Assembly: GCA_947484175.1 (NCBI GenBank) | Contig: CANKOI010000006.1 | Coordinates: 6,641 to 70,640 of the forward strand | DNA from: Deltaproteobacteria bacterium | GTDB taxonomy: Bacteria > Myxococcota_A > UBA796 > SXON01 | Length of the DNA stretch: 64,000 bases | Reading direction: 5' to 3' | In this document: one piece after another, positions 46,703 through 55,484 of the stretch | How the letters are laid out: each line of letters opens with the position of its first letter | How positions within the stretch are numbered: the stretch's first letter is position 1 | Made by a program: the position numbers and the translations under genes | The notes under the pieces: generated by a model | Told to the model about the DNA's origin: nothing | Seen by the model: only the letters and a program-made list of their open reading frames with translations | The model's database searches: none

Positions 46703-48307
46703 TCAGAAGCTCTGGGCGGCGCTCGGAGCGGCCGCGCCAGCGTCGGCCCCGGTCATGCCGGTGAGGCGAGCCCGATAGGTTCCAAGGGCCTTGGCGCGCT
46801 CCACAGCCGGCGAGCGAAGCGCCTGCCGCAGCTGGTGGATGGCCGCCTTCGCCACCTTTCCCGCCGGCGCCATGTAGTCGCTCGTCATCACGTCCACGAC
46901 CCGACGGTCGATCAACACCTTCAACAGAGAGTGCGGGAATCGGCCGCTTCGCGCGAGGAATAGGAGGGTGTTGGTGTAGCTGTCGTGCCGCTCGAAGAAC
47001 ATGCGGTCGTAGATTTCGGCCTTCTCGTCGTTCACCAGACCGTCGCGGCTGGCGAGCGTATGCAGCGAGGTACCCGGGTAGTAGATGACCGAGAACACCT
47101 GCAGCCGGTACGGCTTAGGCAGTTCGCTCACGAGCCGCAGGGTGTCGAGCTTGTCCTCGATCGTTTCGTAGGCGAGATCGTAGATGAGGTCGTACTGCGG
47201 AGGCGCGGTGCGGTCGGTGTAGCGGGTGATGACCTCCGCGCTCTTAAGAATCTTGTCGTTGCCCATCGTGGAGCGCTTGAACATCTTCTGGATGCGCTTG
47301 CTGCCGTGCTCAACGCCCATCTGGATGCAGTGGAGGCCCGCGTCTACGAGTGCGCTGTACTTCTCGTCGGTGATCGTGCCCGGGCTACCGAGGAGGTAGA
47401 AGGGATCGCCGATCTTCGCCTTGTACTGGGCGGCGAAGTCGAGGAGGTCGGGCAGGGGGCGCCCGAAGAAGCTGTCGTCGGAGAACCAGATGAAGTTGAT
47501 GAAGGGGTACTCGCGCTTGATCGTTTCCAGCTCGCCGATGACGTGCGGAGTGCTGCGGTAACGAACGTAGCGCTGGCGCTTGTAGAGGTCGCGGTAGAAG
47601 CTGTTGCCGCAGTAGGTACAGGCGTGAGGGCAGCCGCGGCCCGTCATCGTCTGGTACCCGGTCTTGCCAAACATGCGGCTGACGGTGCCGTTGTGCAGGT
47701 AGCGACGAAGCAGGTCCTTGGTGACGGGCATCAACTGCCCTTCGAAGAGGATGTGGTGATCCTCCCGTGAGAAGTCGGGAGCCGGGTAACGGTCGAGCTC
47801 CTGCTCGAGGCTGCCCGGCTGGTTCCGCACGACCTCCGAACCCTTACGCCACACCAAGCTCTTGATGCCGTGCAGGTTCTGACTGTCCCCATTGGCGAGC
47901 TTCGTACATAGGTCGAGCATGAGGTCTTCCGCATCGCCGATCGCCACGTAGTCGGCCCACCGCGCACACTCGTCGGGGCGGACGGAGGGGTGGAAGCCGC
48001 CCCACACGACCGGAATACCGAGGCGCTCCTTCACGGCGCGAGTGATCTGCTTGCTGGAGTCGAAGTAGTGGGTCATCAGCGTGACCCCCACGAGGTCGCT
48101 GCCGGCACAGAGCGCGAGCATCTGGTCGATGACCTCGGGGGAGTACCGGTCTTCGCTCATGCGCACATGCACGCTCTCGCCATCGCCCGCGAAGTCGGGC
48201 ATGCAGATCACCTGAGTCTGGATGCCGTTGGCCCGAAGGTGCGCGCTGATGCTGCGCAGACCGTAGTTCGTGATGTCCGGGTAGGGGCTGATGAGCGAAA
48301 CCTTCAC
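46703..48307 (-). CDS. B12-binding-domain (class B) radical SAM protein
   Basis: N-terminal Rossmann-like MKVSLISPYPD...ICMPDF...GVTLMTH, then GRGCPHACTYCGN (CxxxCxxC). GTG start preceded by AGAGG. Confidence 0.8.
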   Translation of the reverse strand: MKVSLISPYPDITNYGLRSISAHLRANGIQTQVICMPDFAGDGESVHVRMSEDRYSPEVIDQMLALCAGSDLVGVTLMTHYFDSSKQITRAVKERLGIPVVWGGFHPSVRPDECARWADYVAIGDAEDLMLDLCTKLANGDSQNLHGIKSLVWRKGSEVVRNQPGSLEQELDRYPAPDFSREDHHILFEGQLMPVTKDLLRRYLHNGTVSRMFGKTGYQTMTGRGCPHACTYCGNSFYRDLYKRQRYVRYRSTPHVIGELETIKREYPFINFIWFSDDSFFGRPLPDLLDFAAQYKAKIGDPFYLLGSPGTITDEKYSALVDAGLHCIQMGVEHGSKRIQKMFKRSTMGNDKILKSAEVITRYTDRTAPPQYDLIYDLAYETIEDKLDTLRLVSELPKPYRLQVFSVIYYPGTSLHTLASRDGLVNDEKAEIYDRMFFERHDSYTNTLLFLARSGRFPHSLLKVLIDRRVVDVMTSDYMAPAGKVAKAAIHQLRQALRSPAVERAKALGTYRARLTGMTGADAGAAAPSAAQSF

Positions 48308-48407
48308 GGGCTACCTCTGCGGCATACTCTATAGACGGCAGCCCGCCGCTCGTCTACCGCCCCCTTGCAGCGAGTGGGCCGATGGTGACGTAGAACACGG
48401 CTTGGAC

Positions 48408-48938
48408 TCAGTTCCCCCACCCCGGCTTCTCCACAATCTCACTCACGATGTCGGCGTCGAGCAGCACCTCACGGGTGAAGCGCTCGACGGCCTTGTACTC
48501 CGTCTTGCTGCCCGGGATGAAGACCAGCACGCTCCCGTCTTCGTGCTTCTCGAACTTGTAGATGAGCATCTCCGAGCGCGGCGCCGGCCGGCCGACGAGC
48601 TTTTTCTTGTCGAAGGGGGCGCCCCAGGCCATGAGCACCATGTCTTTGACCCACCCCTCTTGCACGGCCCCGTCGACGATGAGCTGGCGCACGTTCGCAG
48701 GGTACTGGTAGAAGACGTCGTAGAGGTTGATCGGGGGCACTCGCTCGAGCTTGATGGACTTGAGGTAGGCGGAGCGCTCCTCCTCCGTCTTCAAGAGCAG
48801 GAACGCCTTCTCCACCTCTTCGCCCATGAACGGCTTCAGGGCGTAGTAGTGACTGAATTCGTCGTCGCCCAGAAACTTGATCCGGCTCTTCCATGAACAG
48901 CCGGCGAGGACGAGGGCGCACACAAGCAGGAGACGCAT
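48408..48938 (-). CDS. lipoprotein, unknown function
   Basis: The ATG at 48938 follows GGAG. MRLLLVCALVLAGC lipobox. The composition is Lys/Glu/Tyr/Phe-rich, unlike its neighbours. Confidence 0.6.
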   Translation of the reverse strand: MRLLLVCALVLAGCSWKSRIKFLGDDEFSHYYALKPFMGEEVEKAFLLLKTEEERSAYLKSIKLERVPPINLYDVFYQYPANVRQLIVDGAVQEGWVKDMVLMAWGAPFDKKKLVGRPAPRSEMLIYKFEKHEDGSVLVFIPGSKTEYKAVERFTREVLLDADIVSEIVEKPGWGN

Positions 48939-49013
48939 GGACACTCCGAGAACGAGCCGCTGCTAACCGGACTTCGCGAGACCGACACGGCCGCCGCCCA
49001 ACCCACCGCCCGA

Positions 49014-49625
49014 TCAGGCCTTCCGATTGCGGTACAGCTCCGCGTCGACCACCTCGCGCATCTTGGCTTCGTCGAGCTTCCCAGCTAGAAAACTGTTCAC
49101 GAGGCGGGCGGCGGCCGCGGGGTCTTTGACCGCGGTGTCGTACCTCACCTCAAGCATCTCAAAGTTGGCTCGCTTGCGAGCGAGGATGCGCACGCTGGCG
49201 AGGTGGTTCATGTACGCGTCGACCATCATGCGGTCGTCGCTTTGGTCGACCTCGCCGCGGTGGGCCAACATCTTGTTTTGTGATGCGATCACCTCGCCGA
49301 GGTCGCGCCGCATGAAGATGATCCGGTAGCGGTTGTCGTCCGGAAGGTCCTTCAAGAGCCAAGAGATCACCTTCAAGGCTTTGCCGCGCCCCTCGCGGAC
49401 GTAGCTCTTGTCGGTCTCCTTCTCGAGGTCCTTCACGCGCTCATACTCGTAGTACCCCTTCGGGTTGTCCACGTCGGCCGTGCGCACCGAGTCGGTGAGG
49501 ATGGGGAGCCCGCCCGCTTCGAGCATCTTCATCATCATCGAGGTGCCCGAGCGAGGCAGCCCCGACACGATCACCAGCGGTTCGCCGAGGTCGGTGCCAA
49601 ACAGGCGAGAGAAAAAACCAGCCAT
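49014..49625 (-). CDS. small cytoplasmic sulfotransferase-family protein
   Basis: 5'-PSB-like loop VSGLPRSGTSMMMKML and a later RRDLGEVIAS segment; about 200 aa. Confidence 0.7.
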   Translation of the reverse strand: MAGFFSRLFGTDLGEPLVIVSGLPRSGTSMMMKMLEAGGLPILTDSVRTADVDNPKGYYEYERVKDLEKETDKSYVREGRGKALKVISWLLKDLPDDNRYRIIFMRRDLGEVIASQNKMLAHRGEVDQSDDRMMVDAYMNHLASVRILARKRANFEMLEVRYDTAVKDPAAAARLVNSFLAGKLDEAKMREVVDAELYRNRKA

Positions 49626-49637
49626 GGTGGACTCCGA

Positions 49638-50462
49638 TCAGAGAGTGACGCCGAAGATGTCTTTGAGGAGGAAGCCGACGAGCAGGGACACGGCGAAGAA
49701 CCAGAGCAGGATGCCGCCCTCCCCGCTCGGGAGCCAGCCGAGCGGCTGATCGCGGCGCTCCATGATCCGTACGCTCCATACGGGCGACTCGGCCGCCGGC
49801 ACCGGCTCTGCTGGGTACAACAGCGCCTCCAGCCCCTTCGTTCGTAGCATCGAGACCTTTCGGGGCTCTCCACCCGCCGACAGCCGTTTCTCCTCCGTCC
49901 ACGCCCCCGCACGCACCCGCAGCACATGGTCGCCGGCCTCCGTGGCTCGCAGGCGCCAAGCCACCACGTTCCCGGAAGTACGCACCGGGGGTGCATCAAG
50001 CTGTACTCCCGCCGGCAACTCCAACGACACGTCGGCCGGTTTGACTCCGGCTACGGCTCGATCAAGCTCCACCACGAGGGTGACGGGGCTGTTGAGCGGC
50101 AGGGGGGCGTACGCATAATGCGACACCAACTGCACGAGGATCGCCGTCATCGGCACGATCATCACGAACATCGGGACGATGTTGTAGGCGAGGTACTGCA
50201 CGTTGTAGCCAAGCGCGCGGACCGTTGCGGGGAGCACCACCCGCAGCTGGTCGCGGAAGAGCACGATCTCGAGGAGGTGCACCTGGATGAGGTTCTTGGC
50301 GCGCAAGATGCCCGCCTGGTTGCTCACGGCCTTGATCACCAGCAGGGCCATGACCCCGCCCACCAGCGGCCAGAGCAGCAGGTCGAACCACGGCCGACCG
50401 TACCCGAAGCGCGCGAGCAGCAGGTCGAACAGCGTGGTGAAAATGGAGTTGAAGAGGGCCAT
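49638..50462 (-). CDS. multi-pass membrane protein with central beta-rich soluble domain, unknown function
   Basis: Hydrophobic helices at both ends (WPLVGGVMALLVI, IVPMFVMIVPMTAILV, ILLWFFAVSLLVGFLL). The middle part reads PVTLVVELDRAVAGV...LRVRAG. Confidence 0.55.
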   Translation of the reverse strand: MALFNSIFTTLFDLLLARFGYGRPWFDLLLWPLVGGVMALLVIKAVSNQAGILRAKNLIQVHLLEIVLFRDQLRVVLPATVRALGYNVQYLAYNIVPMFVMIVPMTAILVQLVSHYAYAPLPLNSPVTLVVELDRAVAGVKPADVSLELPAGVQLDAPPVRTSGNVVAWRLRATEAGDHVLRVRAGAWTEEKRLSAGGEPRKVSMLRTKGLEALLYPAEPVPAAESPVWSVRIMERRDQPLGWLPSGEGGILLWFFAVSLLVGFLLKDIFGVTL

Positions 50463-50471
50463 CGGCGAGCG

Positions 50472-50675
50472 CTAGGAGATGTAGCCGAGCCCCTTGAGCT
50501 TCGCGCGAATGTCGGCGTCGTTGCCGCTGTCCTCGAAGTGGAGCATCTCCTTCTCGAGGATGTGCTGCACGAACTCCTCAGCGGTGGCGTAGCCGGCCAC
50601 ATCGGCCACCTTCGCCACGCGCGCGTACAGGTCTTTGTCGATCTTCACGCCGACCGTCTTGCCGAATCCAAACAT
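50472..50675 (-). CDS. 67-aa protein, RHH-like N-terminus and LKGLGYIS tail
   Basis: GVKIDKDLYARVAKVADVAGYATAEEFVQHILEKE fits a strand-helix-helix pattern. Gaps to the neighbouring genes are 9 and 13 nt. Confidence 0.5.
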   Translation of the reverse strand: MFGFGKTVGVKIDKDLYARVAKVADVAGYATAEEFVQHILEKEMLHFEDSGNDADIRAKLKGLGYIS

Positions 50676-50688
50676 GAGAACTCCCGAA

Positions 50689-52725
50689 TCATGGGGTGAG
50701 GAAGGGGGCGCCCAGCATGCCGGGCAGCGGATCCACGCCGTACCACGCGAGGATGGTAGACGTCACGTCGGTGAGGTCGTGAGCCTCGCCCTGGATCGCA
50801 TGGCTCGACAGCAGCACGCCGGGAACCACTTCGGGGGCCATGAGGTGATTCCCGGACCAGCGTGAGGTGTTGTCAGCGAGCTGCGCCTCAAGGATCTCGC
50901 CGAGCGTGCTCTCATCGGAGTGACCGTACCCGCGGTCGTAGCCGATGATGAGGTCGGGCGCCTCTGCTACGCGGTCCCCGCGGTAGATGTCGCGCCCACG
51001 GTCCACGCGCAGCACCACGCGGCGGGCTTCGTCACCGTCTGTAAGGGCGAGCAGGCGGGTGCGGAGGTCCTGCGCCACGGCGTCGGCCTCTCCTGCGGAG
51101 ACGATCCCCTGCGCTTCGCGGCCCTGCAGGTTGAGGTAGACCGAGTTGAAGCCCAGCGCGTAGGCCTTGGTGCGGCTCCAGTCCACGTCGCCCAACGCGA
51201 TCTGGCCCGTTCGCTTGCCGCCTTTCAGCATGAGAAAGCCGTTGTCGCGAAGCCAAGCGTTGAGGTGGACGACGCGCGTGAACGGCTGGAAGCCATGATC
51301 GCTCATGGTCAAGAGCAAGGTGTCAGGAGGAAGGCGCTCCATCACTCGACCGAGGAGGCCGTCGACATGCCGGTAATAGCCCTCGATGTCGAGCCGGTGT
51401 GCGGCGGCGGAAACGGGCTCGAACGCCGGGTGGGCGGGCGCATCACCGTGTTTCGGATCGCCGTGGCGCCAGAGCATGTGGCACTGAAGGTCGATGTCGG
51501 AGAGATAGACGAACGTGGCGTCTCCGCGCTGAAATCGCGCGAGGGCAAGGCTGAGCATCGCCGAACCGTCTTCTTGGATGAGCGCCACCTGCCTTACGTA
51601 GTCATCGTCGTCGAAGGTGCCATCTTTCAGCGCGTTGGTCTCCTCCGGCATACCCTGGGTGTAGTACTGACCGCCCAGGAGCTCGGCGAGGTCGGTGGCG
51701 AAGGCGGGCGGCGTGGAGATCGGCTGGGGGGGGGTGTCGGCGGAAAGGTTGACGGGAGAGGCGTAGAGTTTGAAGGCCGGCCGCAGCTCTTTGGCGTAGA
51801 AACGAACGCTGCCGGCCAGCGGCATCACGCCACCCGGCAGCGCGTCGAAGCTCACGGGCACCCACGGCGACCATTCGCCCTCTTTCAGCACCACTCGCTC
51901 CTCGCCGAGCTCGATGAGCGCCACCTCCTCCGCGGGATCGATCGACACGGTGATCGCTGCTGAGAGGTAGTCGCTCTCGCCGGGGAGCTTGCCGGGTTCG
52001 AGGTGAAAGAGGTCCGGCGGGCCCTTGAGGCTGGCCTTCACCGTGTCGGGAATGCCGTCCAGATCGAAGTCTTCGACCGCCACCAGCTGTACGTCGCCCT
52101 TGAGGTCGTGCCCCTGGGGCGGCACGGGAGCGCTGTCGGTGATCCACGTGTACTCGCCGTAGCCCCCGCGCATGTCCACGGTGCCCATGCCCGACAGCGT
52201 CTTCGCCTCGGAGGCGGGCACCGGGTAGTTGCCGGGGATCCGGTACACCTCGACGTCGACCCCCGCAGCGTAGACCGCATCCCACCATGCAGTGCCGCTG
52301 CGGTTGTTGAGCACCTCGTCGCCCGGGAGGACGGGCAGGTGGTAGCCGCCCACCTTAACGAAGGTGCCGGGATCGCCCGGCGGCGGGGTGGCCGACGAAG
52401 TGGGCATGTAGGTGGCCGGGTCGCGATGCACAAAGTCGTAGATGCCGTGCCCGCCAGGGTCGAGCCCGGTGACAAAGTTGGACCACGCTACGGGGCTCTG
52501 CGGCGGGTTCGAGGTACCCAACTCCTGGAAACCACCCTGCTCGGCGAGCTTCTTGAAGTTGGGCGCCTTGCCCTCCGCGATGAGCCGACGAAGGATCGCG
52601 GGGTCCATGCCGTCGATGCCGAGCACAAAGAGGCCGGGGCGGTCGGGCGACGTTCGCGACGGCGACGCGCAGCCCGAAAAGGACAGCGCGACCGCCGCCA
52701 CGAGCACCGCGCCCTGCCTACTCAC
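50689..52725 (-). CDS. alkaline-phosphatase-superfamily (NPP/type I phosphodiesterase-like) lipoprotein
   Basis: AVALSFSGC lipobox. Metal and nucleophile motifs are GIDGMDP, NPPQSPVAWSNFVTGLDPGGHGIYDF, MSDHGF and WSGNH. Confidence 0.75.
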   Translation of the reverse strand: MSRQGAVLVAAVALSFSGCASPSRTSPDRPGLFVLGIDGMDPAILRRLIAEGKAPNFKKLAEQGGFQELGTSNPPQSPVAWSNFVTGLDPGGHGIYDFVHRDPATYMPTSSATPPPGDPGTFVKVGGYHLPVLPGDEVLNNRSGTAWWDAVYAAGVDVEVYRIPGNYPVPASEAKTLSGMGTVDMRGGYGEYTWITDSAPVPPQGHDLKGDVQLVAVEDFDLDGIPDTVKASLKGPPDLFHLEPGKLPGESDYLSAAITVSIDPAEEVALIELGEERVVLKEGEWSPWVPVSFDALPGGVMPLAGSVRFYAKELRPAFKLYASPVNLSADTPPQPISTPPAFATDLAELLGGQYYTQGMPEETNALKDGTFDDDDYVRQVALIQEDGSAMLSLALARFQRGDATFVYLSDIDLQCHMLWRHGDPKHGDAPAHPAFEPVSAAAHRLDIEGYYRHVDGLLGRVMERLPPDTLLLTMSDHGFQPFTRVVHLNAWLRDNGFLMLKGGKRTGQIALGDVDWSRTKAYALGFNSVYLNLQGREAQGIVSAGEADAVAQDLRTRLLALTDGDEARRVVLRVDRGRDIYRGDRVAEAPDLIIGYDRGYGHSDESTLGEILEAQLADNTSRWSGNHLMAPEVVPGVLLSSHAIQGEAHDLTDVTSTILAWYGVDPLPGMLGAPFLTP

Positions 52726-54946
52726 CCGCCACTTCCGGGAAGATGCGAGCGCCGGGCGCAGAGCCCGATTGGGGCAGGAGGCGCGGGTCTACCGGCCCCC
52801 GCACGGTACCGCTCTCCCCCTTCGGCGCGAAGAGCATGCGCCCTTGCATGTGTTTCGGAGGCGTCTGGCCGAACATCGACAGGATGCTGAACGGGACGTC
52901 CGCGATGTGGGGGTTCTCCACGGTGAGCGGGCGGTTGCAGAACAGCACGCCCGGGACGATGGCGGGATCCACGCAGTGGTCGCCCGACCAAGACTTCGAG
53001 TTGTCCTCGAACACCGTTTCGGAGACCGAACCGGTTGCGCACGCCCAGCTGTTCCGGAATCCACCTTCGTAGCCCACGAGAATATCGGGGGAATCGAGCC
53101 GATACGGACCGTCGAACACCTCGAAAGCGGCGACGGCACGCCGCACCGCGCCGAGATTCGACTGCGGATCGACCAGCGCCTCGAGCTTGCCACAAAGCTC
53201 CTTGACGAGCGCACGATACTCCTCCCCCTCGGCCACGATGCCCGACTTCTCGCGCCCCTTCCGGTTGATGAACATGCCCGTCAGGCCGAGCGCGAACGCC
53301 CGGGTGCGGCTCCAGTCCACATGTTCGAACCAGTCGCCGGAGAGCTCCGTGCCGTCGTGCAGCGTGAGGTAGCCCTCGTTTCGCAGCCACGTGTTGAGGT
53401 TCACGCCTCGCCGGAAGTTCGTGAACCCGTGGTCGCTCATCACCATCACCAAGGTGTCGGGGCCGACCTCCTCGAGCACCCGACCGATCACCTTGTCCAT
53501 GTGGGAGTACACCCGGGCAATGGCGTCGGCGTAGGCCGTGCCTTCCTTGCCCACGTTCGCGGGATGCGTGGGGTCGAGGTACCGGTAGAACATGTGTTGA
53601 ACGCGGTCCGTGGTGTCGAAAACCGTGGTGACGAGGCCCTCGCGGGTGTGCTCGAGCGCGTCGAACAGCATCTTCTCCCGCTCCTCGCAGTACAACATCG
53701 CCTGATCGAAGAAGGCCCCCTCGTCGATGACGCGCTCGTTCAGGGCCCAGGTGTCTTCGGCCAGCCCGAGCGTGGCGAAGGGTCCGAAACGTTTGGCCAG
53801 GTAGACGGCGTAGACCTCGGGGTGGCTGATCGGCATCGCCGGGCTCTCCGGGTCGATGTGGATGGGCGTCATGTACAGGCTCACTTCCGGCTGGACGGAC
53901 AGCAGGTAGAACCGCACGATCCCCGCCACCTTCACGCCCGGAGCGGCCTTGAAGCTCAGGTTCACCCAGTCGGAGTAGGTGCGGAGCGCGAGGGTCACGG
54001 CGGCGGCGCCGTCAATCTCCACCTGCACGGAGTCGTCCCCGACGGTGAGGGTGAACGGCAACGTCATCCGGGCGCCACCCTTGACCATGCCGTTGTCGGG
54101 GCCCACGATCCGACTCCGAATGACCTTGCCCTTCCGGCGCAGCACCGTCTGCTCACCCCCGGTGAACAGGGCCTGGCCGTCGTTGTTGGCGGTGGAGAAG
54201 AAGCTGAAGGTGCCCTGGCTGCCGCGCAGATCGGGTACACACATCCCGGAGAGGAGCAGACCGCGGAAGGGCACCGGCGGGAACGTGATCGGCACACGCT
54301 GGATGATCGCGGGGATGTGACGGTCGCCCAGAGTCTTCCAAAAGGTCTGGCTTTTCTGGAGCAACTTGATCTTCGGCTTCGCCAGCGGAATGACGTACTT
54401 GCCGATGTTCAGCACCCGTTCCGCATTCTTGATGTCGGTGCTGGAGAGCATCGGAGCGTAGGTGCAGGGGTCGCGGGTGATGAAGTCGTAGATGCCGTGG
54501 CGAGAAGGATCGACACCCGTGCTGAACGTGCTCCAGGCGACCGGCGACATCGAGGGATTCGTGGTGTCGAGCGGCCGAAAAACACCCTGATCCGCAAGCT
54601 TCTGAAGGTGGGGGAGCCGCCCCTCCCGCAAGAACCGCGTGGTGATCCCCGGATCCATCCCGTCGAGGCCGATCACCACCACCCGGCGCACCTGTGCGTG
54701 TTTGTAAGGGTTGCCCACCCGCACGAGGCGAATCAGGAACGTGAACGGCCACAACAGAATCGTGCCGATGGCCAGCGCGAACGCCGCGAGCATCACCGCC
54801 AGTGAGCCCGCGAACGCGAACCCGGCGCCCGGACCTACGTAGGCCTGCGCCGCCGACGGGAGGAGCAGGAGCCCCAACGCGAACCAGCGGGAAGAGAGCA
54901 GCAGGGAACGGGGTTGCATGCGGGCCGCGTGTATAGTCACCGCCAT
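52718..54946 (-). CDS. membrane-anchored alkaline-phosphatase-superfamily paralog
   Basis: N-terminal TM region, then GLDGMDP, NPSMSPVAWSTFSTGVDPSRHGIYDF, MSDHGF and WSGDH. Its stop overlaps the downstream paralog by 8 nt. Confidence 0.75.
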   Translation of the reverse strand: MAVTIHAARMQPRSLLLSSRWFALGLLLLPSAAQAYVGPGAGFAFAGSLAVMLAAFALAIGTILLWPFTFLIRLVRVGNPYKHAQVRRVVVIGLDGMDPGITTRFLREGRLPHLQKLADQGVFRPLDTTNPSMSPVAWSTFSTGVDPSRHGIYDFITRDPCTYAPMLSSTDIKNAERVLNIGKYVIPLAKPKIKLLQKSQTFWKTLGDRHIPAIIQRVPITFPPVPFRGLLLSGMCVPDLRGSQGTFSFFSTANNDGQALFTGGEQTVLRRKGKVIRSRIVGPDNGMVKGGARMTLPFTLTVGDDSVQVEIDGAAAVTLALRTYSDWVNLSFKAAPGVKVAGIVRFYLLSVQPEVSLYMTPIHIDPESPAMPISHPEVYAVYLAKRFGPFATLGLAEDTWALNERVIDEGAFFDQAMLYCEEREKMLFDALEHTREGLVTTVFDTTDRVQHMFYRYLDPTHPANVGKEGTAYADAIARVYSHMDKVIGRVLEEVGPDTLVMVMSDHGFTNFRRGVNLNTWLRNEGYLTLHDGTELSGDWFEHVDWSRTRAFALGLTGMFINRKGREKSGIVAEGEEYRALVKELCGKLEALVDPQSNLGAVRRAVAAFEVFDGPYRLDSPDILVGYEGGFRNSWACATGSVSETVFEDNSKSWSGDHCVDPAIVPGVLFCNRPLTVENPHIADVPFSILSMFGQTPPKHMQGRMLFAPKGESGTVRGPVDPRLLPQSGSAPGARIFPEVAGE

Positions 54947-54998
54947 CGCGGTGGGCTACTTGCCGCGCGCCACGATTCGTCCGCGTTCCGAGGTGCCC

Positions 54999-55475
54999 AT
55001 GTTCTCGCTGTTCTTCACCCTCACTCTCGCGCTCACCGCGTGCTCAGGCGGCCCGGACGCCGCGAGCCTTCTGGCATCGGTCGAGGCCAAGGCCGCCGCG
55101 AAGGACTTCATCGGTGCCGTGACCGAAGCAGACCAGGCCTTGAAGTTGCAGGTGGTGTCGGGCGACGCAGCGACGGCATGGCGTTTTGAGTCGGCACGGC
55201 TCAGCGCGCTCGCCATGGGAGGCAAGGGCGCCGAGGTCAAGGAGAGCCTGGAGCGGCTGGCCACGACCTACAACGCCCAGGTCACGTGCCCGCTCTACCT
55301 CGCGCTCGCAGACAAGGTTCGCGCCGCGGGCGACGGCCCCGGGTACACCGATTTGCTCGATGCTGGCGTGAAGAAGTGCCCGGATGAGGCGGCCTTCGCC
55401 AGCAAGATCGAGGAGCTCAAGGGTTCGGCCGATCCCGCCGAGATCGAGCGGTTGAAGGCCCTCGGCTACCTCTAG
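54999..55475 (+). CDS. helical lipoprotein ending in LKALGYL
   Basis: The ATG at 54999 follows GAGG. MFSLFFTLTLALTAC lipobox. It is divergent from the AlkP pair. Confidence 0.6.
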   Translation: MFSLFFTLTLALTACSGGPDAASLLASVEAKAAAKDFIGAVTEADQALKLQVVSGDAATAWRFESARLSALAMGGKGAEVKESLERLATTYNAQVTCPLYLALADKVRAAGDGPGYTDLLDAGVKKCPDEAAFASKIEELKGSADPAEIERLKALGYL

Positions 55476-55484
55476 CCGCCCTCG

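Noticed and set aside
48379-48386. GCCGATGG on the plus strand between the radical SAM and lipoprotein genes as another sigma-28 -10 box
   Set aside because: It is on the wrong strand for the surrounding genes, and there is no TAAA 15-16 nt upstream.
52442-54805. 787-aa plus-strand ORF, and similarly 50920..51963 and 52003..52890
   Set aside because: These are antisense to the two AlkP-superfamily genes and show no motifs, only an Arg/Gly/His-rich composition.
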